Shown one piece after another: positions 1 to 11,768 of a stretch of 64,000 bases of DNA. Origin of the DNA: Toensbergia leucococca. Taxonomy: Eukaryota. The stretch is from positions 1 through 64,000 of the forward strand of contig JALDZS010000115.1 in NCBI GenBank assembly GCA_022813965.1, given 5' to 3'. A model generated the notes under the pieces. That model was not told where the DNA came from, ran no database searches, and was given only the letters and a program-made list of their open reading frames with translations. Numbering within the stretch: the first letter of the stretch is position 1; each line of letters begins with the position of its first letter. A program made the position numbers and the translations under genes.

Positions 1-264
1 AAGCACTTGCCCAGCGCCGTCTCAAAGGCACTCGCGCCAACTTCGCCGACGGTATGAAAGCCGCAAAAGAGGTGAAACGGGATCTTGAATGGACGCAAAA
101 GCGAGTAACGTATGTCATCAATAATTCAAACTCACTCCGTCCCCTTATGTAGCTGAACAGAGACTGATCTTCCAAACAGCGCACTCAAATCCAAAGCCGA
201 GCGCAAATATCCTAAGCAGTACCGAGCAGCCAGCGAGCGCTATCCAGCTCCAGTCGACTACTAG
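1..264 (+). CDS. KXD1: 3' end of a KxDL-domain protein (BLOC-1/BORC subunit KXD1-like), partial at window start
   Basis: Exons <1..109 and 180..264, intron 110..179 (GTATGT...CTGAT...CAG). Spliced: ALAQRRLKGTRANFADGMKAAKEVKRDLEWTQKRVTALKSKAERKYPKQY...VDY*, containing the KxDL motif (KRDL). Confidence 0.7.
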
Positions 265-1984
265 AACTCAATCCAAACATGAGCGTTACCTATCATCTCT
301 CGCCATCATCTCGTTTCTCAATGCTCTCTCTCGCTCAATCTACGACGTCGCTTAAGGGGGCGTCGAGGGGGGCGGTTGTGACTGCTTTCGCTAAGCATGT
401 TCTGCCCTCGCCCAAACTCCTGGTCTCTCGCCGCTTTTGCATACGGTACTCCCTGTTCCTTATCGCGCGGTTGTTTGGGTTTCCGCGCGTCAACGGTTTT
501 GACTGGCTGTTCTCTCAAAACTACCCTGGTAATTGAGTTTTCATTGGACGAATTCGTTTACAGGGTTCGGAACCGCATTCTGGGGATTTTCTAGTTGCTT
601 TTGGCTGCCTGGCGGCTTTTTCACTTTGGCTTTCCTTTTTTTTGTTGTCGTTTTCGGGATCTACATGCTTTCAATAGTTACAGGACGATGGACTCGTTAT
701 ACTTGGCAGAGTCACATTTACTAGAAACCTTCCTCCCTTGCAGAAGCGTCATCGCAACGAGTCATGTTTCTCGTAGGTTGGCCTTTTTCCTCGCTTTCGG
801 CTATGGAGGATCCCTTCTAGCTATACAGTCAAACGTATCGCTCTCCTCCGGTTCGCGTATGACACGGAGTTTCTACCGCAATCACTTGGGTAATGTAAAG
901 ATACGATGAATTTTCGGTTCTTTTCCACACGATGGCACCGAGCTAGAAAGAACGGTATTTGCTTATAATGGGGTTACATGATTCCGAACTTTTTACATGT
1001 AAGTTACCTAGGTAGTTGACTTGGGCTACGCTAATGCTCGATCTGCCTGTCCTCCCCCCCTCCCCCCCTGGGACCTCTTTTCCGCACTGTAGATTGGGCA
1101 TGTATAGATTTCTGTAACCCTAACCTTGCCTTGATGGCGTATCCGGTGACGTGTATCCCCCTGACCCTGACGCGAGTGGAGTCGCCTTAACCCCCTTTGC
1201 TGTGCACACACTTCCGTGCCCTAGGTACCTATTGCTTAGTCTTGGAGAGAGAGAGGGCTAATCGTGCGTTCTTTTGGGGTTGAGTACCAGGATGGGTGTG
1301 TTGTATCTTGCCTGAGGAACCTTTTTCGGCTCTTGGGCCTTTTACGTGGATGGGGGGGTTTGGTGTGTTTGGGGTTGGTGCTCGTGGCTGTGTGGGATAG
1401 TACTACCGATTGAGTATATCCTAGAAATCATTGGAGATTTATGCTTTGTGGATGTTGATTGAATCTGCCGTTGTCTGTGTCACGGCTATTCGGTGCCCTT
1501 GACACCTGCGTTTGGTACATGGATGCATGCACTATCGATTTGAAGATGGGGTTTCTGTTTTCTCCGTCTATGGGAGAGGGGACATGATGAGTGAGTGATG
1601 GCCAGGGGGGATAGCTGTGCAAGATGGCCGAGTATTCGCCGTTGTCATTTTGTGGTTTCTCTTGATGTAGAATATGTGCCATGGCATTGGGGGGGGAAGA
1701 GAAGACATCGGTCCGAAAGAAAATTCTCAGAAAAGGAGCTTGTTGTGCGACAAATTTCCTTTCTTGACGTTGGCCCCTTGGCCCAAAGCCCGTCCCGTCA
1801 ACGCGGCCACTAACTCCATTTCCTATCCCTCAAGATAAGGATACATCCGTCGCCTCGAAGCCCGCCCTCCGAAGGTGAAAACGGATGAACAAATCCCACA
1901 ACCTCCATAAATCTCTTTCGGCCTCCCCCCCCGGCCTCCCACCCCACGACCTCGACACCAACACCCTCATCCACAAATCCGACA

Positions 1985-2548
1985 TCAACCTCCCCTATCC
2001 ACCAAATCCCGCCATGGATCCCCCACAAAACCCCAGTCAAAGTAGGCGATATCGCCGCTTGGAACGCGCATGCCACGTCTGAGTGCTGCCCAATCATGCT
2101 CAGGCGTGGTTTCACTGAGAGGGAGCGGGGTTGTTGTGTGTGGTGGGTGCTTTGGTGGCAAGGCGGGGAGTGGAGGTTGATGGTGCGTGAGGTTCGGAAG
2201 TGGTGGTGGTGATTTGTCGTTGGTGGGTTGTGGGAGCCGGGCAGGCAGTCGATGCCGCATCTGCTGTTTTTCTTCCTCGCCTCCAACCACCCTCGTTGCC
2301 TCTGCCTCTTTTCCCGCCACCCCTTCCCCACTGCCCCGTCTAACGATTTCCCCATTCCCACCTGGCGCCCTCCGCAACCCCAATGGCATCATATTACTCC
2401 CACTACCCGAGACCTCCTCACGCTTGCGCTTTCCTTTGCTTTTGCTTTTGGGACGCGGTTGGGAGCCGAAGGATGCGAAGCCCATTTGTTGGGATATGGT
2501 GGAGGGGGAGGAAGGGGGGGACGCGGAGGCGGATGGAGAGAGAGACAT
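1985..2548 (-). CDS. Small conserved-type fungal hypothetical protein (MGFASFGS motif, KRKR NLS-like, C-terminal YFDxxFVxDPW)
   Basis: 187-aa single-exon ORF with motif-like N- and C-terminal blocks separated by low-complexity sequence. Confidence 0.65.
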   Translation of the reverse strand: MSLSPSASASPPSSPSTISQQMGFASFGSQPRPKSKSKGKRKREEVSGSGSNMMPLGLRRAPGGNGEIVRRGSGEGVAGKEAEATRVVGGEEEKQQMRHRLPARLPQPTNDKSPPPLPNLTHHQPPLPALPPKHPPHTTTPLPLSETTPEHDWAALRRGMRVPSGDIAYFDWGFVGDPWRDLVDRGG

Positions 2549-3079
2549 TTTGAATGAGGGGTCAGGGGGAGTGAATGGGTTGCTTTGGTGAGGTAGGGTT
2601 TTGGGAGGGGTGGAGTGTGGAGTTGGAGGGGAATTTGCGTCCCGAAGGGAGTGGATGCCGGATGGAGGTGTTCTTCTTTTTGAGGGCTAGGCTCGGCGAA
2701 GCCTGTTGCGATATCTTGAGACGAGAGTTAGAGGCTAGTCAAGGTCGTCATTAGGGTGAAGATTTAAGCAATAGGTAAGGGAGGTTAGGGATGGTCGAGT
2801 AGCTGATAATTGGTGGCATACGGAGGACTTTGCACAGTGTGGTGACAAAATGAGACTTGGATGAGCTGCAGCATACTCTCAGAAAAACAGGGTATCATAT
2901 GCAATCGGATTCAGGACCAAGATTTCACACTCTAACAGTCCACCAAATACAGAGTCGCTGAAGTGGAGGTATTAGAATTCTATGCATGACATCATATCCG
3001 ACATTACCTTACGGTACCTTAAAGGTACCTTAGCTGGCTAGCGCAACCCTAAACCTCTAACCCTATCCGTAGGTAGGTA

Positions 3080-5545
3080 TCAATCAAACCCCATTTGCGC
3101 CACCACCCTTGCTATCACATCCGCAAATCGCCCCGCCCTATCCTGATCCTGTTTCGCCGTTTCAATACCCAGTAGAATCTTCTTGATGCCCACTCCCACA
3201 GAATTTCTCTTCGTCATAGAGCTTAACTTCTCAACAGCACGCTCCGGATCTTCAAATACGCCCGACTGTCTTAGGATATAAGAGAGATCTTCATTAATAC
3301 GGACATTGGGTACCGCGATATCCGAGTCGAAGGAAGTGAAAAGATCGAGCTGTTGCAGCACCGAACGTTCGCCTGTCGTGGCTAAGACGAGGAGTCTTCG
3401 TCCTTCAGGCGGTTGCTTTTTCATGAGGACCATCAAAGCTTGGAGGACGGCGTTGCTAAATCGTGGGCCAATAGGTACCCACTCGAGTATTCGCTCAATG
3501 TTGTCAATTAAAACAACACTCAAGGGGCTTTTGTAAGCGTCATCGAATATCTTACGCATATGCTCGATTTTCTGGCCTTCATTGAATCCTACCATGTTAT
3601 CTGGGCTGCACAGTTTGATCAAGGGATAGCCGCTGTCTAGTGCAATCTTCGCCGCCAAGGCTGTCTTACCACTACCTGGTGGGCCGTGCAGAATAGCACT
3701 GAAAAGTGGCGTTGAATCGGGTGCCTGGACTTGCTGCACGATCAAGCTTCCCTCGTTGAGGATGTTGTCGATAGAAGGCGAATAGTGTATGATTCCACCA
3801 CGGAGCAAGCGTTGAATCTCATCTTCTGATACCCCAAACATTGGTTTCACGTCGTCGAAAGCATGCTCAAAGTCATCTCGGTTCACCTTGATATCTTCAA
3901 CATTATCGGCAACCCCTGCTTTAGTACCGACTTTAACATGCCGGTTCAACGCAAAAGACGTTGCAGACCTTATCAACCCGGCAATCTCAGCGCCGCTGAA
4001 ATTCTTTGTGAGGTGAGCAATTTCTGCCAAATCAACATCAGAGTCCAGGTTGCCATGTTCCCGCATCTTGGCTGTGTGGATTTTCAATATCTGAACACGG
4101 CCATTTTCATCTGGTAGAGAGATTTCCATGTGCACCTCAAGGCGCCCAGGTCTCAACAATGCATCGTCAATCATATCAATCCGATTTGTCATGCCAATGA
4201 GGAGGATATTGTTGAGTTGATCTACACCGTCGAGCTTTGAAAGAAGTTGGTTAACCACGCTATCTCCCACACCGGTGCCCCCTGTTGCACCACTACCTCT
4301 CTGCTTACAGACAGCGTCAAGTTCATCAAAAATGATGATATGAAGGCCACTCTCATCTCCTTTCTCTTTGTACTCCTTTTCGGCATCTGCGAAGAGCTTA
4401 CGGATGTTTTCCTCGGACTGACCAACGTACTTGTTGAGTACTTCCGGCCCGTTGATAACTTTAGGTTCACGGGCATTCAACATCTTGCCGATTCTGCGGG
4501 CTATTAAAGTTTTACCCGTCCCAGGAGGACCATACAGTAGAATACCCTTAACGTGCTGAATCCCAAGATTTTCTATTAGCCCGGGCGGAAAGATACGAGA
4601 TGCAAATGCTCTTCGAAATATGGAACTAAACTCTTTATCAAGACCGCCAATGCCCATGTCCTCGAATTTGAAATCCGGCTGAAGAATGGCATTGGCAGCA
4701 GGTCTTCGCTTTGAAGCTTTCATGTTGATTGTAGATTTGGCTTCTTTGTAAAAATTCATGAGAGTATGGCGTACAAGAATGCCACGCATTCGAGGGTCGG
4801 TTACACTGGGCGCTGAAGTAGTCGAAGGTTTTTCCATGGAAAAATCTCCAAGCTGAACAGTCTTGATGATGATAAGTAGCGGTATACTCTTGTAGTCCAT
4901 GATGAGCCTTTGGTTTGGTGCAAACATTTGGTTCTCAAAATTCTATTTTTGTGAGCAGCTAGTTGGTAAAGTTCCATAAATTGCATTACCTGGGTGAAGT
5001 GCTGTGCAAGCTCATCTTGGTCAAACGGGGCCTCTGTTGTCTTCCGACCTGCAAAAGCAATTTCGACATCTAGCGAGGCAAGGTATCGTTGCCCATCTTC
5101 TTGGAACGGATCGTATAATCTGACATTTACAGTGTCCATGAGACTGATTGAAGCCCATGTCCTTTGGGGGTCCGAGAGACTAAGTTGTCCAGCAGGAAAT
5201 CCATCGAATTGCCGGGCCGTGAGAACGTAGGCACCGTTGAGTAGGATATAGAAATCTGAACTTTCGCGAGAGGGAGGAAAGTCGAAGGGCGAGACGGCAA
5301 CTCTGTATATGTAAGTACAGGACAGAACGATTTAGGTACGAGAGAGCGTCAGACAGATTACCAAAAGTGAATTGATTTGCTGGACTCTTAGCAGGCCTAA
5401 GTTGCCATGTCTGTCCCCCTGACCCACCGTGTCGACCAGACCCGTTTTGGCGCATATTTGAGGAATGCTCAGGTGGTGGACCGTCGTAGTAAGGTCTCTC
5501 AGCAGGTTGGCGCGGGGGAGTCGGTCGAGAATTGCGAGAGAACAT
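3080..5545 (-). CDS. SEC18: Vesicle-fusing AAA+ ATPase Sec18/NSF
   Basis: Exons 5545..5355, 5302..4990, 4942..3080. Two AAA modules: GPPGTGKT with IIIFDELD and LLRPGRLEV; GPPGSGKT. N-domain spread over exons 1-2. Confidence 0.97.
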
Positions 5546-5840
5546 GATTGCTTTACTTACTTGCCTGCAACCATACAGGTATCGCTCGATATATTACAAG
5601 TGACAGCAGGACCTTAATATCATTGGGACAAACAAGTTCTTTTTGTAAGAAGAGGTGTTCTTTTGGCTCGTGGCAAGGTAAAGTCCATATGTACTTCGTA
5701 CGCAGGCACAGTCCCTAATGTATGTTGTCGTCTGAAAGGTAGCCAAAGCTAGTGGGAAATGGTCCGTGCCGAAGCAGAAGCTTAGGTTTCGTAACGTTGT
5801 ATTTGACGTCTTTTTAGCCTAGTTCAATGTACTATATAAA

Positions 5841-6430
5841 GGGAATTACTAATCCTACACCCCTTTTTGATACATCTACACCCCCCCCCAACCCTAGGGC
5901 CCGGGCGCAAGATCACGGAGGGAAAACTCATGATTTCACACCACGTTTGCACTTTATTCTCTACCTCTATTGCATGCCAGCTACCTCCTCAATTGCGTGC
6001 CATTTAGTAGCAAGCTTTACCTAGGGAATCTTCGCGGTTTCCCACCTCATCTTGACTCGATTTCCCACTCAATTCCGACTCAATTTTCGCACCCCATTCT
6101 GACTTGATTTCCTGTGAATTACAGAGTATGTCATGATTTTGAATTGAGGTAGATAGCTTGCAAAATCATGACGTTTTTGCGCCCAGGGGGTGATCGTGCG
6201 CCCGGGGGTGAGGGAAGAACGTGATACAAAAGCATGGTTTGCCTCCTAGGTAATTTGGCTTCTAGATGGCACGCAGATGGAACACATGAATGGCTTGTAT
6301 AGAGGTAGAGAATCAAGTGCAAACGTGGTGTGAAATCATGAGTTTTCCCTCCGTGATCTTGCGCCCGGGCCCTAGGGTGGGGGGGGGGGGTGTAGATGTA
6401 TCAAAAAGGGGTGTAGGATTAGTAATTCCC
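5841..6430. mobile_element. Non-autonomous DNA transposon (MITE, Mutator- or hAT-like) with long TIRs and 8-bp TSD
   Basis: Starts GGGAATTACTAATCCTACACCCC and ends GGGGTGTAGGATTAGTAATTCCC. About 130 bp of near-perfect inverted repeat, extending imperfectly to about 185 bp. TATATAAA directly flanks both ends (5833-5840 and 6431-6438). Confidence 0.92.
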
Positions 6431-6786
6431 TATATAAAGCATGTTTCCACCGCAAGTATCACATTCAGTGAGCCGGGAATTAAAGCTTTAGCACGGATCC
6501 TGTCTTCGTACGTGGGATGAGTATGAGATGGGCCGAAGATATGTAAGTGCAAATGCAAGGCATGACTGAGGGGAATTCAAGGCCCTAATCTACGGGGGAC
6601 TGTTTCGAAACATGTATGAAGTACCTTATTTAAAACCGTAGACTCGAAACAGTACCGATGCTCTGGAGGCTGACGTCATACCGAGCTCTTAAAAGTATGC
6701 TAGTGGCACTGCGGAGCTGTCCCCATATCAAAAGCTTCCTTTCAATCTAGCTTCAAAGCAGCAAGAAAGCTCTCGAATCATCCACT

Positions 6787-8104
6787 ATGCCTTTGTAAGT
6801 TTCCAAGTAGTTTATTCATCAACTTCTTAGATTTGTTGACATCATTCACCAGACACCTCCTGGGCAAGAAATCATGGAACGTCTACAACACCAACAACGT
6901 CGCCAAAGTCAAGCGCGATGAAGCCGCCGCCGCCGCCCGCGAAGCAGATGAGGAGCAACGCATGCAAGAAGTTGATGCAGAGCGACGGATCCAGGTTCTT
7001 CGAGGCCTACGAACCGATGCTCCCCCCGAACCTGCTGCCTTGGACGAGCAAGCTGGTGGGCGGCGGGGTAATCAGGATGGTGGGGGGAGGGAGCGGAAGA
7101 GGAGGAGGTTGGAAGGGGAGGATGCTACGGATATGGAGATACGACTGGCGCAGGAGAGGAATGCTGCTGTACCTGCTAAATCGCAGGCGTTGGTGAAAAG
7201 CAGCCGCGGTAGCGATGCACCTTTGACGGATAGGAACGGACATATCAATCTTTTTCCTATGGAGGGTTCAAGGCACCATGCACCGAAGAACGCGGAGGCA
7301 GAGGCTGAAGCGGCGAAGAAGAAAAAGGAGTTCGAGGATCAGTACACAATGCGCTTTTCAAATGCTGCAGGATTTAAGCAGGCCGTGGGGCAGAAGGTCT
7401 GGTATCAGTCTACGGGAGGCGGTGGGGAAGTAGACGCTGAAGATACAGTAACTACGAAGGATGTTTGGGGAAATGAGGATCCGAGAAGACGGGAAAGGGA
7501 GAAGATGAGGATGGCAGCCGATGATCCTTTGGCGATTATTCAGCAGGGAGTATTGGGGGTGAGGGAAGCAGAGAGGGAGAGGAAGAAGTGGAAAGCTGAG
7601 AAGGACAGGGAATTGAAGGAATTGATCGATTTAGAAAGGAGGAAGAATAGGAGATCAAGAAGGTCCGATGGAGACGACGAGCTTGAAGGTTTTACCCTCG
7701 ACGATCCGGTTCGAAGCGATCATCGTATGAGACGAGAAGATCGAACGCAGGAACTGAGATTTAGGCATCGGCATCGGAATCGCAGCAATAGCCAAGATCA
7801 CAGCAGGCATCGATCACATCGCCACGGTCATAGGAGCGGCAGTCCACCACCAGTTAGAGAAGATTTTAATGATCGAAACCGCACAAAGCGTAAAAAGCAC
7901 AGCCTTCCAGTCCTAGTAGATGGTGATTCATTATCAATAGCGGACGATAGATCTTTGGACAAGCTACACAAGGAACGCAACGACCGTGAAAGAGTGGAGC
8001 GAGCAAGAGCCAATGCACTGTTAGCTACATCTAACGGAGATTCCAAGCCAGCTTGGGAAAAGGGGTCCGGAGGCAGGTATAGCAATCAATTTGCTCATGT
8101 CTGA
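6787..8104 (+). CDS. Cir_N-domain protein (LENG1-like, splicing-associated), R/E/K-rich
   Basis: ATG 6787, intron 6795..6852 (GTAAGT...TTGAC...CAG). Gives MPLHLLGKKSWNVYNTNNVAKVKRDE (Cir_N signature), GHINLF motif, RS-rich tail and terminal YSNQF. Confidence 0.8.
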
Positions 8105-8394
8105 CCCCATTGAGCATGGGGCTTTTACCCGAATTTCTATATAGAAGTCAACATCATGTTGCTTCAACATTATTCGAAATCAGCCATGTTTCCAGTATCA
8201 ACACACAGCTGTAGCCACACAAAGGTCCAAAGTTTCTTTTGGATCACCTTGGTGCTTGTTTGGGGTCGTAGCTCTCGTGTGCTAGACCTAGCCTCTCTGT
8301 ATAGATTAATTAGTCGCCACCAGTCGAAAACCGGCTTCGGTCCCTCCAAGTAATTGACTTTTATTGTTGAAGCTCGGAGCCTCGTGTTCGAGGT

Positions 8395-9288
8395 TTATGT
8401 GCTTGCACGGCTGGACGCAACAAATGAATCACAAAAGTGCACAATCTGCTCTACCACCTGCTCTGGGGCCTCGATGCAAAGCCAGTGCCCGACTCCCTCT
8501 AAAATAGCCAGGTCTTTCTCTTTACATCCAACTCTCTTCAGAATCTCTTCGCAACCCGTCAGTGGTGCACTCTTATCTTCTCTACCCGCGATAAGCAATG
8601 TGGGAATCGCAATGGCAGCATAGTCCGGAGGCGATGCAGAAGCAATGACTTTACACATTGAGATGTAGCCCCTTGGATTCTGAGAAAGAAGAAGGGTACG
8701 GATGAGGGCGTGCTGCAGGGAGGTGGACTTGGAACCCGTAGCGGCAGTGGGAACTGTGTCTGCCATTGCTTCCATGCCACCTGGAGATGCATGAGCTAGA
8801 GGACATAGTCTTTGTGACTAATCAGGAAGTCTAACAAAAGTGATCTCACCTTTCTCCACCGCCTGAATCCTTGCTCCAAAGGTCTTGGCATTATCTGGTG
8901 TTGGAAGCACAGGCCCGATTAAGATGGCTGCAACAAACTTGTCTTTTCTCGTGGAAGCCAAGTGAGGCACCACCACACCTCCCATGCTGTGACCTACCAA
9001 GACCGCCTTCTCAACCTTGAGGGCGCCGAGGATATCAATCACATCTTTTGAAAGCGACGGAACTGATTGCGGCTCTGTTGCGATGCTCGACAGGCCACTA
9101 CTAATAGTATCGTAAGTGATGCAGCGAAAGTTGTTAGGGGGGGAAGTTAGGGCTGGGATAATTGATTGGTAGAAGCAATGGGTTGAGCCCAAGCCATGAT
9201 GGAAGATGAAGGTGGATCTCGGCGATTCATCTGTGGGATGTGTGTCAGTGTAGAACACGCGTCCGTGATCGAGATCAAGGTAAGGCAT
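8395..9288 (-). CDS. Alpha/beta hydrolase (enol-lactone hydrolase-like)
   Basis: Exons 9288..8850 and 8780..8395. HGLG oxyanion motif, GHSMG nucleophile elbow, GREDKSAP acid, GVGHW His. Confidence 0.9.
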
Positions 9289-9503
9289 TTTTGGATGGAT
9301 GTTGTGCAGCAGTCGCTTGAACTTTACGTGGTACCTACCTAGCCCTAAATTAGAGATTTACGATACTACCTTACCATAAGCCAACACTAACCCGATGGTC
9401 ATGAGACGATGACTTTTAACCTCGATGGGTCAGTACAACCTTTCACATATCACATACGAATCATCAGCCGGAGTCCTGATTGTGTTCACCAAAAGAATGC
9501 AGT

Positions 9504-10592
9504 CTAACTTTCAATTCTGCTAGGAAATATTCTGTCTTCCCTGCCAATACGAGAGAGCGATCCATCTTGGTTGCAGCAAACACTTACCAAACTAGGGGTA
9601 TAGTGCGCAAACTCACCTATCGTCAGCTCAGTATCAGCATTGCCGTTCAACACTTCCACGCTGTCGGCAAGTCTAGCAATAGTGAACGGACGTTCGCTAC
9701 CCCCTAGATCTCCGTGCGATAGATCGTTGGTAGCAACATCGCAAAGGTCTCCATCCTCATTCTCTTGCCAGCAGTCAAGGATTAACCAGAGTGAGAAATC
9801 CTCAAGATTCAGTACTAGCACAAATTGACTAACGTCTCCTGTCTCGTCTTGCTCCATCGAAAGGTCCGGAGTATCGCACCGATAGATTATCTGTCCGATT
9901 TGCTGGAAGATCCTGAGGCTTGCCCGCCTTTCGATGTTAGAGTGTGATGAAGCGAACAAATCCTGGGAAAGACTAGACTCGCCAGAGCCTGTAGAAAGAA
10001 ACGGCAAGCTAGAGGCAGTGGATACCGAAGATGGCGTACCGCAGGATAGAGCCGAATCATCAGTCAAGTTCGCAGGCTGTCGATACAACCAGTGCGGTTC
10101 TAAGCCTAGCACTGACTCGGCCAGAGTCTGGCGTCGATCATTCCAAATCCTGACATCACCACTCCTGAGTGGGCGGGTTTCAAGCTGACGAGAGTTAGGA
10201 ACGAGCAGGAACGTTCGGTTCAAGCACCTTCCTATTTCTAAAGGTGACGTGGAATTATCGTCGAGGAAATCCTGCAGCTTGTCTATAGAATCAGCGTCGC
10301 TGTAGTTAGTGGTCACCAGCGTGTTGACGATGGTGAAACGATCGGCCTGGGTATGATCCCGCCGATTGTGCGCGGCTTCTGCCAGAGCCATGAACCAATC
10401 GTAGAACCGCTCTCTCTGTTCAGTCGAGCTGAATTCGCTCTCAATAGCTCTATCCCTTGCATCCCCTACGGATGTGAGTCCATAGGGCAGTGCATTTGTA
10501 AGTAGCGGTCACTCACATAATAAATTTCTATCTTTGAGTGATTGATAGAAGGCTTCAAAATGTGATATCTCGCCAGCTGATGAGGTGGCCAT
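9504..10592 (-). CDS. Hypothetical protein (orphan, about 345 aa)
   Basis: Exon 1 10592..10517 (MATSSAGEISHFEAFYQSLKDRNLL); intron 10516..10466 (GTGAGT...ACTCAC...TAG) joins it in frame to the 295-aa ORF. Confidence 0.6.
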
Positions 10593-11768
10593 AGGGACGT
10601 ACGAATGCTAGCGCCAGAAGCCCAGGTTTAAGAAAGGCAGACTTGCGGGAGAAAGAGAAATCAGCTCTTGAAAGCTATGGACAGGATTATGTGCTATGGA
10701 ATGGCAAAAAGATATTGAAATAATGGCTGTGGAGATAGGTTCAAGCTTGAGCACAGCTGCATCCAGTGATCGGACGATTGTTCGGTTAAAGTCGTTTGAG
10801 AGCAGAGAGCGCAGACCAGCCAGGGGGGTAATGGTTACCTACATCTTGGATGGTGGACACCCCTAGCACTGTAACTGTAACAGCCAAAACCCTGGACTTC
10901 TAAATTTCCACAGTGCCAAGTTTGAAAAACCGGCCGACGCACAAGTATCACTGATGGGTCACAAGGAGGACGGTAAGAGCAAGTGATGATGGCGGGGGGC
11001 AGTCACCGCCATTACGGAGCATCATGACGGAGCTTCTACCCGCACAAGAGAAGATGCTTTGCCATCATGACCAAATGGCGCAATACCATCAAATGGGTGT
11101 TTTTGACCAATCTCTTGAATAGCTATGAAGCAAACGACTAGGTAGAATAGATGATGTCGGTGGAATATCATGAGAGGCTGGAGAGTATCCGCCATCGGAA
11201 TCGGCCTCTTTCCCTATTGGTGTCAAGACACTGGGGACGTGAATAGCATCGGGATGAGAACAGGTACAAGATGGCAAACAATTGATAGGCCTCCACTTGT
11301 TCTCAAAGCTAATGTGTTTTTTCTGTGCTGAGGCGTTTAATTGAGCCTTGCAAATCAGATGCAAGGGTGATGGGATTTCAAAACGTCCAGAAAGGTCGAT
11401 GTTTTGTAGCTGGAGAAGAAATTGCCATGCTTGGAGCGTTTCCTTTTATTAATCGAATTATGAAAAGCTGTACAGATACTCGGTAGTAACCTTGAGTACT
11501 AATTATAGCAGCGGATTCCTTCGTGCGGTTGATACAACAGTCGCTTCTTCATTCTGCTTGTTGATTGGCTGCCTGCTGGGCGGCTGAGTCAAGGACCAAG
11601 TTAATGGTTGCCTGATGGCAGCGAGCAACGTCAGCCTCCGTCTTTATCCGCATCGTTGCACCTCCTCCCTCTCCATCATCAGACCACGTCTAAGTCCTAT
11701 TTCAATTTCTTCCTCCTTCCCGTGACCTATCTTGTTACTCGTACTCATTGTCATCAACACATATCAAA

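Noticed and set aside
966..978. AATGGGGTTAC, resembling the RNase MRP 3' conserved region
   Set aside because: No upstream GAAAGTCCCC partner for the P4 helix
1337..1345. GCCTTTTAC, identical to U5 snRNA loop I
   Set aside because: The flanks cannot form the U5 closing stem and no Sm site follows
5827..6520. Short ORFs 5827..6024, 6131..6322 and 6290..6520 with mutually similar peptides
   Set aside because: Translations of the MITE inverted repeats; no transposase motifs
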